NCBI GenBank assembly: GCA_036676395.1
Contig: JAKFCY010000002.1
Coordinates: forward strand, 384,001 to 448,000
Length of the DNA: 64,000 nucleotides
Source: Bdellovibrio sp.
Lineage (GTDB): Bacteria; Bdellovibrionota; Bdellovibrionia; Bdellovibrionales; Bdellovibrionaceae
Reading direction: 5' to 3'
Shown: positions 8,630 to 18,554 of the stretch, in pieces
Numbering within the stretch: the first letter of the stretch is position 1
Layout of the letters: the number at the start of each line of letters is the position of its first letter
The notes under the pieces: model-generated
Database searches by the model: none
The model's input: the letters and a program-made list of their open reading frames with translations, nothing else
Told to the model about the DNA's origin: nothing
Program-made: the position numbers and the translations under genes

Positions 8630-10927
8630 ATGAAACAAAAATTATTGGGTGTGGTTGCGTCTATCGCGTTATTAGGGATAGTGGCCTGTGCACCGGTGAA
8701 GTTTACAAAATCAGATAATCAAAAACTTGATATTGATGATGGTGTAACCGGAACTGCAATCGGATGTGATCCTAGAATTTCCCCAAATTCAATGACTTAC
8801 ACATATGCAGCTACAGGCAACCCAACTTTACTTTCACGTTGTACGCAAACAGGTTTAAATTATGAATGGGTTATCAAACGCTCTGACTCTTCAGTAGTAA
8901 ACGTTTCAATCTCAAATCTTTCTGGTGCCAACCCTGCAAATATTGACTTACGCACATTAGGTGAAGGCACATATTACATTTTTTTAACAGCACGTGATCC
9001 AAATGGCGGAATAGCTCCATACACAGCGACAACTCCTTTAGAATTAGTTGTTCCAGGTGCAGGCACAGGAAATTCTTTAACGTGTGATCCGAAATTAAAT
9101 AACAATTCAACTGCTGTAACTTTAAATTCTGCAGATAACAATCCAACGATCACCGCAAATTGTACACCGGCAGCTGGTTCATATATTTGGTCAGTCACTA
9201 AAGATGGATCTGTAGTAACGATTGCGGGATTAAGTGGTGCAAGTTCAACACCAAACATTAAAGGTTATGGCGCTGGCGTTTATCGTATATCTTTATATGC
9301 AACAGCAACTGGTTCAGCCCACTGGCAAAGTTCAGTGCCTTTAACAGTGACTGTGAATGCAGTAGCTCCTCCAATGACGCAAATTCAGTGTAATCCGAAA
9401 ATTAATGGATCACTAAATTCATTAACAGTTACAAGCACGACAAATAATCCATTAATTGCAGCAAATTGTTCACCAAGTGATGTGAATTATGCTTGGACTG
9501 TAACTAAAAATGGCCAAAACATTAATGTGCCGGCATTAAATGATGCCAATTCAAATCCGGATTTTTCAGCTTTAGGTAACGGAACTTATTTAGTTTATCT
9601 GACAGCGACAAAATCAAATCACTTGAACTACAACACAACAACGCCATTAACTATTACTGTTAATAATTCGGGTGCACCGAATTTAACTATAGATTGTTCG
9701 CCTCGTATTAATACTGATTCAACAGCGGTAACAATCACGAGTGTTATCGGAAACCCAACAGTGAATGCGAACTGTGTTCCTAATACTGTGGTCTACACTT
9801 GGTCAGTTTATAAAGACGGTGTGCCAGTAACAATTTCAGGTCTTGGTGGCGCAAATTCTACTCCGAACTTTTTAGCTGCTGGACTTGGAACATATTATGT
9901 CTATTTAAATGCGGCCCAAGCGAATTACAACGCGTACTCAATTCCAACTCCGCTTGAAGTGACTGTGGCCAATGCGCCATCACTAACTCGTCGGGTGACA
10001 TTATCTAAGAATGTCTTAGTCACTGATAATAAAGTAGATATCGTTCTTATCGTGGATGATTCAAACTCGATGTTAGCTGATAATCGTAAGCTTGCCGAGC
10101 GTTTACAAGGTTTTGTAAATAACCTGACGGCTGCAAGCATTGACTGGCAAATGTGTGCCACGGTAACTCGTTCGCAAGCGATTAATAATATTTATTATTG
10201 GGGAGCTTCGCGCAACTGGTTTGATTATGTGGGCTCGCCGAAATGGATCTTAAAAGCAGGCGCTGCTGACCCGTATGCGATCTTTACTAAAACCATCGAT
10301 GCGATCGGTGCAGGTTGGGAAGGCACAGATGACGAACGCGGTATTAAAGCGGCTTTCTGGCATGCTGAATACACTACAAGTAATAAATGTTACAGAAGTG
10401 ATGCTTCATTATCTGTAATTATGATTTCTGATGAAGATGTGCGTTCAGTCGGTGGTGATCAAGCGCAAGTTTACTACGGCGGAGAATTAAAACCACTTGA
10501 AGCGGATGATCTGCCGCAAAGTTATGTCAGCAAAGTGAAACAAAAATTTGGTATGGATAAACGTTTTACGGTGAATTCAATTATCGTTAAACCAGGTGAT
10601 TCAGCTTGTATGACGGCTCAAGACAGCGGTGGCGCAAAATCGCATTACGGCTATTATTATGATGAACTAGCAAGATTAACGAATGGTTTTAGCTCAAGCA
10701 TTTGTGCCAACGACTATTCATCAAACTTGAATTACTTTCGTGACCGTATCGTGAGTTCATTAGCTTCGATTCCGTTAGAGTGTGCTCCGGTAGGATCAAT
10801 CGATGTGACAGTGACTCCAGCAGTTGCAGGCATGTCGACACGTATTGAGAACAACGTCTTAATCTTTGCTCCAGCAGTGCCAGCGGGACATCATATCGAT
10901 ATCGGTTACAACTGCCCACGCAATTAA
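8630..10927 (+). CDS. Lipoprotein adhesin-like protein: four Ig/PKD-like repeats + VWA (MIDAS) domain
   Basis: Lipobox IVAC; four ~102-aa repeats; VDIVLIVDDSNSM (DxSxS) and ISDED; ORF opens at 8606, SD favours 8630. Confidence 0.8.
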   Translation: MKQKLLGVVASIALLGIVACAPVKFTKSDNQKLDIDDGVTGTAIGCDPRISPNSMTYTYAATGNPTLLSRCTQTGLNYEWVIKRSDSSVVNVSISNLSGANPANIDLRTLGEGTYYIFLTARDPNGGIAPYTATTPLELVVPGAGTGNSLTCDPKLNNNSTAVTLNSADNNPTITANCTPAAGSYIWSVTKDGSVVTIAGLSGASSTPNIKGYGAGVYRISLYATATGSAHWQSSVPLTVTVNAVAPPMTQIQCNPKINGSLNSLTVTSTTNNPLIAANCSPSDVNYAWTVTKNGQNINVPALNDANSNPDFSALGNGTYLVYLTATKSNHLNYNTTTPLTITVNNSGAPNLTIDCSPRINTDSTAVTITSVIGNPTVNANCVPNTVVYTWSVYKDGVPVTISGLGGANSTPNFLAAGLGTYYVYLNAAQANYNAYSIPTPLEVTVANAPSLTRRVTLSKNVLVTDNKVDIVLIVDDSNSMLADNRKLAERLQGFVNNLTAASIDWQMCATVTRSQAINNIYYWGASRNWFDYVGSPKWILKAGAADPYAIFTKTIDAIGAGWEGTDDERGIKAAFWHAEYTTSNKCYRSDASLSVIMISDEDVRSVGGDQAQVYYGGELKPLEADDLPQSYVSKVKQKFGMDKRFTVNSIIVKPGDSACMTAQDSGGAKSHYGYYYDELARLTNGFSSSICANDYSSNLNYFRDRIVSSLASIPLECAPVGSIDVTVTPAVAGMSTRIENNVLIFAPAVPAGHHIDIGYNCPRN
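8765..9968 (+). repeat. Four tandem intragenic ~306-318 bp repeats (Cys-paired beta-sandwich domains)
   Basis: Units start at 8765, 9083, 9389, 9695 with consensus C.P+I...NP...C....Y.W....G.Y...L.A...PL...V. Confidence 0.85.
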
Positions 10928-10954
10928 TCGCTCGGTAGAATCAAATTTAGACAT

Positions 10955-10991
10955 AAAAAAAGGGTTTTAGTTCATCACTAAAACCCTTTTT
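10955..10991. terminator. Bidirectional intrinsic terminator
   Basis: AAAAAGGGTTTTAGT-TCATC-ACTAAAACCCTTTTT between convergent genes. Confidence 0.9.
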
Positions 10992-11012
10992 AATTTTTAA
11001 GCATATTTTAAA

Positions 11013-11621
11013 TTAGCGCGCAGAATCTTTAATGAATAAGGTCATGTAATGGCGAACTAAGAATTGCGGTTTAAATGATTGGCCTTTGTATGACCATAAC
11101 ACCTCTTCAAACGCGCCCCATTTAGCTTCAAACATTTCTTCATCCATAACGATCGTTACGTTTTCTTTAGCCTGAGGTTGCGGAATAGCCGTGTTACCCA
11201 CGTAGTGAAAACGCATGCTGATCACACCAGCGGCTTTGATCGAAAAAATCATTTTATAGCCATTACGAAAAAGCATAAAATCAGCGTGTGTTTTTGCAAT
11301 ACCGTAAACTTTAATGCGACCTAAAACCGAAGGTTTTAATTCGTTAAAAGAAGCCGCAGCTTCGGCGAAATCATTTTTCAAACGTAATAAAAATTGAATC
11401 GATTCATTTACTAAAATTCTTTGTGTATCTAAACCTAGGTTCATGTCGATCATCACAGATTTTTCAAGCTGTTCATCGGCAGAGACTAATTCACGAATCC
11501 AGCTGTTTTGATTAGTCTGGCTTTGGGCGTGAGCTGCACCAGCATGACTGGTGCCAGAACCAGTAGACTGGTTTGAACTCATTTCAGGCATTCTGTTGTT
11601 TTTAAAAATATCCATTTGCAC
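11013..11621 (-). CDS. Hypothetical protein
   Basis: 202-aa ORF with globular composition; GGAG SD near the second Met. Confidence 0.7.
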   Translation of the reverse strand: MQMDIFKNNRMPEMSSNQSTGSGTSHAGAAHAQSQTNQNSWIRELVSADEQLEKSVMIDMNLGLDTQRILVNESIQFLLRLKNDFAEAAASFNELKPSVLGRIKVYGIAKTHADFMLFRNGYKMIFSIKAAGVISMRFHYVGNTAIPQPQAKENVTIVMDEEMFEAKWGAFEEVLWSYKGQSFKPQFLVRHYMTLFIKDSAR

Positions 11622-11677
11622 ACTCCATCTTCATTTTTCTAGGACACCCTAGACCTTGTCAATGGTTAATGTCGCAT

Positions 11678-14560
11678 TTACGGCGACTGGCGCCCTGGGA
11701 TTCCTCCACCTAATTGCAGGCTAAATCCAAATTGAGCGTCGTCTTCAGCATATTGGGGTGAAAGTGGACGGTAATAACCAAGTATAAAATTTACAGGAAG
11801 CAAGTAACCCAAAGTTGTTTCTAAACGAAGTTCAGCACCAGCGCTCCAGAATGAACGGCTCATATTTTCAGCTTTTAAAACATCATCTTTATCAAAAGCT
11901 CCGCCATAAACGCTAAGGCCATCAACAACCAAGGCGCCATTCACACGTTTTAAATAGTACATGTAGGTGCCAGAGCCTTTATTTAAAGTCTGTAACGGAA
12001 AGCGGTATTCGGTGTTCAGTGAAACCATACGCGAACCGAAAAATTGCCCTGCGCCGTAACCACGTAAAACAAAATCAGGAGCCGTGCTATCTGCTAATGT
12101 CGGTAAAACCGCATTACTAGTACCAAAGCGGGTAGAAACTTTTTGTACGGTGTGAAGAAAATTAAATTTAGCGTACATCGTATGATCTTCTGGAAGCCAA
12201 AGCGAATTGTAACCTAAAAGTGATCCGGTGATTTGATCGTAATCGCCTAATAATTTCGGAACATCACGGTCTGTGGATTTTTGATTTTCAAGTTGAATGA
12301 AAGTTCCCCAGCCGCTGGTTGGATAAATATCAAAGGCCGTTTGATTAATACTTTTATATGAAACTTGTAAATAAGGGCCTGAATGTTCTGTGCGCAAATC
12401 AGATTGATCAACTTCAGAAAACTGCATACCCGCATTCATTAAAAGTTTTGGGCTAATTTTAAAAGTGTCTGGAATAAAACCTAAAGAGGCATTACTCCGC
12501 TCGATGAAAATTTCTGTGTTGCCAATCGGGCTAAAAGTTCTTTGCGCCATTAAAGTAAAGGGCCAAGTGAAAGCTGAATTTATATAATCAAAATGATAAC
12601 CCGCTTTTTTAATAAACGTGTCGTAATCAACGGATAAATTATAACGATGAATAAGTAATGGATCCTGGCCGGCTGTAAGAATTTGAAAATACGAGCTGTT
12701 ATTGGCACTCGATGTCGAAAAGAACGGAATCCAATAGTGTGGGTAAAGATATTTTAAACTTTTTGCGTCTTCTTGTGTGGCTTCAAATTCAGGTACTGGT
12801 CGGTCGACATATTCATAGCGGTCACGAAAGCGATTTGAAATTTTTGGCAGGTTTTTGTAAGTCTGTAAATCAAAAGAATGAACGGCAAAGCCATTGGCTG
12901 TGTGAAGGGTAGCCACGGCTAAATTGTTTTTATTCACGTCGAAATCAAGGGTACCAGTTAATAAATGACTGACAGGAATTTCTTCATCCTGATTTTTATA
13001 GTAAATATTTGTTACTCCATTTTTAACTGAAGTAAAATAAACTTTTCCAAAACGATATTTTAAATGTTCAACTTCCGGCGCGGTAATTTTTAAATCAGTT
13101 AACTTATGGGTCGTTAAATTAAAAAGTTTAGGTTTGATGTTTCCTTTGACGTCTTTTATGCCAACAAAAAGTTCATCTTCATTGTATAGTGAAATTTCAT
13201 GTAAACGTTCAGCATAGCTAAGTTCTAATAACTGATCTGTGCTTTCGGTTGAGACGTTGAAGGCTTTTAACTGGGTTTTGCCGTTAAAAGTTGAAATGTA
13301 ATAAAGAATTGTTCCCTGATTGTTCCAGATCGGATTCTTAGCCCGTGCTGATTTTGTAATTTGTGTTTCTTTATCCTCATCTAAATTAAAAATATAAAGA
13401 TCAGAAAAAGAACGCTTGATATCAACTAAATCCATTTTAGCAAAAACAATTTTATTTTGGTAAGGATGAAATTCGAAACTTGAAATATCTCCGTTCGGAG
13501 CTTTTTTGAATTTCAGTTTGTTCCACTTTTTAGTTTCATCGTCTAAATTGTAAAAAGAAATTTTTTTACCTTTTTTCTCGAGTGAAATTAGGCCCAGCTT
13601 GGTTCCGTCAGCATTAAATCTTGGGTGTCGCCCAGAAATAAGTTTAGGGTCAACGGCTGTGGTTGTTGTCGCTGAAACGGTGTTGAGCTGTTTCAATTGT
13701 TCTTCGGCTTGGCGCTGATAAGAATCTAACGTTAATAAATAATGGCTTTCATAATTATTGCCAAATAATTGTTCGTGAGTGTGTTCGACGCTCCAGTAAG
13801 GAAGTGTAGATGCGTGTCCCAAAGTCAGATCATTAATGGCTTTACCTTGATTTTTGCTGCCGATGTCTCCCATTAGCATTGAGCCAAACAAATAAGGACG
13901 ACCACCGTAAGGCCATGTTGGTAACACCTCATTAGCTTCAGCTAAAGTGTAAGTAAAAAGTTTATTTTCTAAAACTAAAGCGCGAATGCCCGCATCCTGA
14001 AAATAAGAACGTGTTCGCCCCTGATGGGTGAAGCGACTTTCGATTTCTACAGCCATGCCTTCTTTCCACCAGAGTGGCAGAAGTAAATTTGGCGCTACGA
14101 TTGAGCCTAAAATAGGCTTAAAAATTTTGAAATAGCTTTCTGCGGGATACAATTGCATCACATGGGCTAATTCGTGAATAAAAAGTTCTTTCGCCCATTC
14201 TGCTGATTCAGACAGCGCATCATCGCGGCCAGCCTGCACGGGATAGATCATGATATAGGGATAAGGTAAAAGTGTAGTGAAACCATTAGGAGCATCGGTT
14301 GAATCATTTAAGATCACCACGATCTTTTCGGTGGGAGCGACTGTGAAAATTGTCATAATTTCGGCATATGACAGCTCGGCAATGCGCGAATAATACAGAC
14401 CTAGGTCTTGATGCTCAGCAGAATAAAAGATCTCAAAATGGGGGGTAGTTAGTATGTGCCATTTTTCTCGTGAATCTCCAATGCGTTGTGCAAAGATCGG
14501 AGTAGAAAACGAGACAAGCAAAACAAAAATTAGGTATAATCTTGAGATAAATTTGATCAT
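11678..14560 (-). CDS. Outer-membrane protein: gluzincin peptidase + TolB-like beta-propeller + Omp85-like barrel
   Basis: Signal peptide; HELAH...WWKEGMA; propeller repeats (HPRFNADG, NPIWNNQG); LRGY...EYRFP...SAGAELR; ORF opens at 14584, likely start 14560. Confidence 0.7.
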   Translation of the reverse strand: MIKFISRLYLIFVLLVSFSTPIFAQRIGDSREKWHILTTPHFEIFYSAEHQDLGLYYSRIAELSYAEIMTIFTVAPTEKIVVILNDSTDAPNGFTTLLPYPYIMIYPVQAGRDDALSESAEWAKELFIHELAHVMQLYPAESYFKIFKPILGSIVAPNLLLPLWWKEGMAVEIESRFTHQGRTRSYFQDAGIRALVLENKLFTYTLAEANEVLPTWPYGGRPYLFGSMLMGDIGSKNQGKAINDLTLGHASTLPYWSVEHTHEQLFGNNYESHYLLTLDSYQRQAEEQLKQLNTVSATTTTAVDPKLISGRHPRFNADGTKLGLISLEKKGKKISFYNLDDETKKWNKLKFKKAPNGDISSFEFHPYQNKIVFAKMDLVDIKRSFSDLYIFNLDEDKETQITKSARAKNPIWNNQGTILYYISTFNGKTQLKAFNVSTESTDQLLELSYAERLHEISLYNEDELFVGIKDVKGNIKPKLFNLTTHKLTDLKITAPEVEHLKYRFGKVYFTSVKNGVTNIYYKNQDEEIPVSHLLTGTLDFDVNKNNLAVATLHTANGFAVHSFDLQTYKNLPKISNRFRDRYEYVDRPVPEFEATQEDAKSLKYLYPHYWIPFFSTSSANNSSYFQILTAGQDPLLIHRYNLSVDYDTFIKKAGYHFDYINSAFTWPFTLMAQRTFSPIGNTEIFIERSNASLGFIPDTFKISPKLLMNAGMQFSEVDQSDLRTEHSGPYLQVSYKSINQTAFDIYPTSGWGTFIQLENQKSTDRDVPKLLGDYDQITGSLLGYNSLWLPEDHTMYAKFNFLHTVQKVSTRFGTSNAVLPTLADSTAPDFVLRGYGAGQFFGSRMVSLNTEYRFPLQTLNKGSGTYMYYLKRVNGALVVDGLSVYGGAFDKDDVLKAENMSRSFWSAGAELRLETTLGYLLPVNFILGYYRPLSPQYAEDDAQFGFSLQLGGGIPGRQSP

Positions 14561-14647
14561 GGTTGATTGTTCAATGCCTATCAAGGTTTGACAAGGTTTT
14601 ACAATGGTCTAAATTGAAATATGAAATACACATCCTTGGAGGAATCG

Positions 14648-15199
14648 ATGAATCAAAAAATGAAAAAATCACTTACAACACTAACTGCTGCTTTAGTTTT
14701 AGCGTCAATGGTAACGGGCTGTTCTTTATTCAGAAAAAAAAGTGGTGACGGTTCATCAGGCGATGGTTCAAACATTCGCAGTGAAACTACAGCTTCTGGA
14801 TCTTCTGAAACGTTAGATAACTCACCAATCAATTTAGGTGCAACGGGCTCTGACAGCGGATCTATCGAGGGTTTGAAAACTATTTTCTTTCCTTACGATT
14901 CTTCAACTTTATCAGAAACTGAATCAGCTAAATTAATGGGTAACATTGAGTGGATGAAGAAAAACCCTAATTCTAAATTAACTATTGAAGGTCACTGTGA
15001 CCAACGTGGTTCGGCTGAATACAACTTAGCATTAGGTGAGCGTCGTGCAAATGCAGTTCGCCAAGTGTTTGTTTCTAACGGCATTGCTGGTAACCGCGTA
15101 ACTACAGTTAGCTTTGGTAAAGAAAAATTATTAGCTAACGGTGATTCTGATGAAGCGATGGCTAAAAATCGTCGTGCTAACTTTGTTCCGGTACAATAA
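14648..15199 (+). CDS. pal: Peptidoglycan-associated lipoprotein (OmpA-like domain)
   Basis: Lipobox VTGC; IEGHCDQRGSAEYNLALGERRA; KNRRA; GGAGGA SD before 14648. Confidence 0.92.
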   Translation: MNQKMKKSLTTLTAALVLASMVTGCSLFRKKSGDGSSGDGSNIRSETTASGSSETLDNSPINLGATGSDSGSIEGLKTIFFPYDSSTLSETESAKLMGNIEWMKKNPNSKLTIEGHCDQRGSAEYNLALGERRANAVRQVFVSNGIAGNRVTTVSFGKEKLLANGDSDEAMAKNRRANFVPVQ

Positions 15200-15504
15200 T
15201 GATTAGAGTTCTATTAGCGACTTTGTATTTTTGTTTTGTTGTGGGGTGTGTGACAATACCCCCTCCAAATGAAGAGTACACTCTTGCTAAGACTGCGATT
15301 GAAGCAGCAAAGGCCGTGCAAGCGGCCCGCTATTCGCCAGGTTTTTGGCACCAGGCCGAAGAATTCTACCGCCAAGCTAAGATTCTTTATAATGAGCGCG
15401 AGTACGAAGAAGCCAAATATTTATTTTTAAGCGCAAAAAATTCTGCTGAAAAAGCAGAAAACTCGGCGCGCTTATTACGCCAAAAAAGTGGGGATGTTTT
15501 ATGA
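15199..15504 (+). CDS. Small helical lipoprotein (DUF4398-like)
   Basis: Lipobox VVGC; Ala-rich A..AI.AA....A..Y.P.....A pattern. Confidence 0.7.
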   Translation: MIRVLLATLYFCFVVGCVTIPPPNEEYTLAKTAIEAAKAVQAARYSPGFWHQAEEFYRQAKILYNEREYEEAKYLFLSAKNSAEKAENSARLLRQKSGDVL

Positions 15505-16226
15505 ATAAAGTTAATTTAGTACTTTCAGTTATGGCGGTTTTGTTTTTAAGTTCATGTTTAAAAACTCGCTCTGAATTAGGTGAAGGCTATCAATCTCAAG
15601 TTTATTCAAAAAAACAAGCCGACAATCAAAAACACGCGGCGAATGAACCTTCTGAAGTTGTTAAAGTTGATGAAAAAGACGAATTAATCCGTACTTTGAA
15701 TGGTCGTGTTGAATCTTTAGAAAATCAAATTTCACAAATTCAAAAAGCTAACCAAGAAAATCCAGACGCACAAAAAATCCAGTTACTGCAAGAATCTCTG
15801 GTGAAAATGGAAGCCCAATTAGCAAAACTTGAAACTGAAGCTGCGTTAGCTAAAACAGTTACTCCGCAAGCCGCTCATGCAAATACGCCGGCCGCAAATT
15901 CTTCAGATGCTAAAGTTCCTCCGGTTAAGGGCGGACCACAAACTAATGGTAAAAATGCAGCCTTTGAAGTGGCTCAGGATTTTTTCGCGAAAAAAGATTT
16001 TAAAAACGCGATCTTAGAATATCAAAAATTTGTAGATGCGAATGCTAAATCAAAAAACAAATTAGTACCTGAGGCGAAATACAAAATCGGACTATGCTTT
16101 GAAGCGATGGGCTTAAAAGATGAAGCTCAGTCTTTTTACGAAGAAGTAGCTGCACAACACGGCGCTACTGAATTTGGCAAAAAAGCCAAAGCCAAAGTTA
16201 CTAAAGTGACTAAAACAAAAAAATAA
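15501..16226 (+). CDS. cpoB: Tol-Pal associated CpoB/YbgF-like lipoprotein (coiled coil + TPR)
   Basis: Lipobox LSSC, coiled coil, C-terminal TPR EAKYKIGLCF; follows pal. Confidence 0.75.
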   Translation: MNKVNLVLSVMAVLFLSSCLKTRSELGEGYQSQVYSKKQADNQKHAANEPSEVVKVDEKDELIRTLNGRVESLENQISQIQKANQENPDAQKIQLLQESLVKMEAQLAKLETEAALAKTVTPQAAHANTPAANSSDAKVPPVKGGPQTNGKNAAFEVAQDFFAKKDFKNAILEYQKFVDANAKSKNKLVPEAKYKIGLCFEAMGLKDEAQSFYEEVAAQHGATEFGKKAKAKVTKVTKTKK

Positions 16227-16238
16227 GAAATAAGGCTG

Positions 16239-17297
16239 TTGATGTTTCGACAAATTTTATCAGTTGAAACCAGTTGTGACGACACATCAGTAGCTATCGT
16301 GAATGCTGAGGGCTTTGTTTTAGGCCAATGTTCAGCAAGTCAGGATTTACAACATGCTCCGTTCGGTGGGGTTGTGCCCGAAGTGGCCAGCCGCAACCAC
16401 ACGATCGCGCTTCTTCCACTGATCGAAGAAACTTTGAACAAAGCTAATATGACAATGAATGATTTAGATGGCTATACGGTAACAAATCGCCCGGGCCTGA
16501 TTGGATCATTGATTGTTGGATTAATGACCGTCAAAGCTTTATCACAAGCGCATAACAAGCCTTTCATTGGTGTTAATCATCTTGAAGGTCATTTGCTTGC
16601 GCCATTTTTAAAAGATAATGAATATGCACCTCCTGCAGATTTTAACTACCCGTATATCGCGCTTGCGGTAAGTGGTGGGCATAGTTCTTTGTATTGGGTA
16701 GAAGCTTTTAATAAATACACTATCATCGGAACCACAAAAGACGATGCTGCCGGCGAAGCGTTTGATAAATTCGCGAAAATGTTAGGTCTGCCATTTCCGG
16801 GTGGAGTAAATGTCGATCGTTTAGCAAAAACGGGTGATCGTAAAAAATATGATTTTCCGCGTGGTTTATTGCATGAAAAAAGTTTGATGATGAGTTTTAG
16901 CGGCTTAAAGTCTGCAGCTCACAGGCTTTTAACAAAAATGTCTGCTGATGAAATGAAAGCTGAAGCTCCAGATTTATGTGCTTCATTTCAAGAAGCTGTG
17001 GTTGAAACGTTAATTGCAAAAATGACGTTAGCCGCAGCTTTATTTAAAACTAAAAAAATCGTGATTACGGGCGGAGTGAGTGCCAACTCACGCCTACGTG
17101 AAAAAGCTAACGAGATGACGGCTAAAGGCTATCAAATCGTCATCCCGCCGATTCGTTATTGTACTGATAATGCAGCGATGATTGGTTATGCCGGAATTTT
17201 ACGTTTGAATGCCGGTGAACGTTCAAGCTTAGATCAGGGACCAGCATCAAGTTCTTATGAAAATGATTTTACTGTGAAATTGCGAGAACAAATATGA
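16239..17297 (+). CDS. tsaD: tRNA N6-threonylcarbamoyltransferase TsaD
   Basis: ETSCDDT, GGVVPEVASRNH, NHLEGH, SGGH, CTDNAAMI. Confidence 0.97.
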   Translation: MMFRQILSVETSCDDTSVAIVNAEGFVLGQCSASQDLQHAPFGGVVPEVASRNHTIALLPLIEETLNKANMTMNDLDGYTVTNRPGLIGSLIVGLMTVKALSQAHNKPFIGVNHLEGHLLAPFLKDNEYAPPADFNYPYIALAVSGGHSSLYWVEAFNKYTIIGTTKDDAAGEAFDKFAKMLGLPFPGGVNVDRLAKTGDRKKYDFPRGLLHEKSLMMSFSGLKSAAHRLLTKMSADEMKAEAPDLCASFQEAVVETLIAKMTLAAALFKTKKIVITGGVSANSRLREKANEMTAKGYQIVIPPIRYCTDNAAMIGYAGILRLNAGERSSLDQGPASSSYENDFTVKLREQI

Positions 17298-18097
17298 GTC
17301 TTCCATTAGCTAAAGACCGCTTACAAAAACGTATGCAAGAGCTTTCGCATTACACGAAAAAAGCCTTAGGCCAGAACTTTTTAGTTTCAGATGTAGTCAT
17401 TGGTCGAATCATTCAAGCTGTTGAAGATGAAAAACCAGAAAAGTTATTAGAGATCGGTCCGGGGCTTGGTGCTTTGACAGATTTATTGATTGAAAAATTT
17501 GGTCGTTATCAACTGATCGAACTTGATTCTAGTTTAGTAAAATTTTGGCTAAGCCAAGACATGCCAGTCATTGAAGCCGATGCGCTTCAAGTTGACTGGA
17601 GTAAAATTGATTACGATGTTTTAGTTAGTAATCTTCCGTATCAAATTTCTTCATCAATCGTGATTGATCGTTGTATCGACAGTAATCCTCCACGCGCGAT
17701 GATTTTGATGTTTCAAAAAGAAGTTGCGCAAAGAATTCGTGCGCGTCACAACACCGATGAGTACGGCTTATTAACTGTGATTGCCCAGGAATTTTGGGAC
17801 ATCAGCACGGTTTCTGAAGCTGGGCCTAGGGATTTTAATCCCGCTCCAAAGGTTGCAAGCCGCGTTTTAAAGTTTAAACGCAAAGAAAGTCCGGTTACTG
17901 ATAAAAAAGGCTATTTGAGTTTTGTTAAAACTTGCTTTAAACAGCGTCGTCGCATATTAAAATCTAGTCTTGAATCCGCGATGCATGCTCCTTTTTTGGC
18001 TTGGGTTGAAAAGCAAAAGCTTTCAGAAAAAGTGCGCACCGAAGAATTAAGTATCGTTCAGATTCGTGATTTGTATTTTCATCTTAAAGGGGGGTAG
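17294..18097 (+). CDS. rsmA: 16S rRNA dimethyladenosine transferase KsgA
   Basis: KALGQNFL, EIGPGLG, SNLPYQISS, MFQKEVA, PAPKVAS. Confidence 0.95.
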   Translation: MSLPLAKDRLQKRMQELSHYTKKALGQNFLVSDVVIGRIIQAVEDEKPEKLLEIGPGLGALTDLLIEKFGRYQLIELDSSLVKFWLSQDMPVIEADALQVDWSKIDYDVLVSNLPYQISSSIVIDRCIDSNPPRAMILMFQKEVAQRIRARHNTDEYGLLTVIAQEFWDISTVSEAGPRDFNPAPKVASRVLKFKRKESPVTDKKGYLSFVKTCFKQRRRILKSSLESAMHAPFLAWVEKQKLSEKVRTEELSIVQIRDLYFHLKGG

Positions 18098-18101
18098 TGT
18101 T

Positions 18102-18554
18102 TTGAGTATTTTAATCATTCAAGAAAACAAACAAGCCCGCTTTGATTATTTTATCACAGATACTTATGAAGCCGGTCTTTCGTTAACGGGCAGTGAAGTT
18201 AAGTCACTACGTTTAAAAAATATTACTTTTAAAGATTCGTATATTTCATTTATTAAAGATGAAGCTTATTTACAGAATGCTCATATCTCTGAATACCGTG
18301 CAAGCTCGTACAATAACCATGTGCCCGAGCGCTTACGTAAATTGTTATTACACCGTGCTGAACTTGATAAAATTTTCGGAGCGATCCGCGAAAAAGGATT
18401 AACCTGTATCCCGCTTAAAATTTACTTTAAAGAGGGACGGGTTAAGCTTGAGATTGGTTTAGCTAAGGGTAAAAAAACGCATGATAAGCGCGAATCCATT
18501 AAGAAACGTGACGTTGACCAGCAGCTTCGTCAGGCGAAAGCTCGATCACGTTAG
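18102..18554 (+). CDS. smpB: SsrA-binding protein
   Basis: NKQARFDY, EAGLSLTGSEVKSLR, RKLLLH, KGKKTHDKR; ORF opens at 18066, likely TTG start 18102. Confidence 0.97.
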   Translation: MSILIIQENKQARFDYFITDTYEAGLSLTGSEVKSLRLKNITFKDSYISFIKDEAYLQNAHISEYRASSYNNHVPERLRKLLLHRAELDKIFGAIREKGLTCIPLKIYFKEGRVKLEIGLAKGKKTHDKRESIKKRDVDQQLRQAKARSR

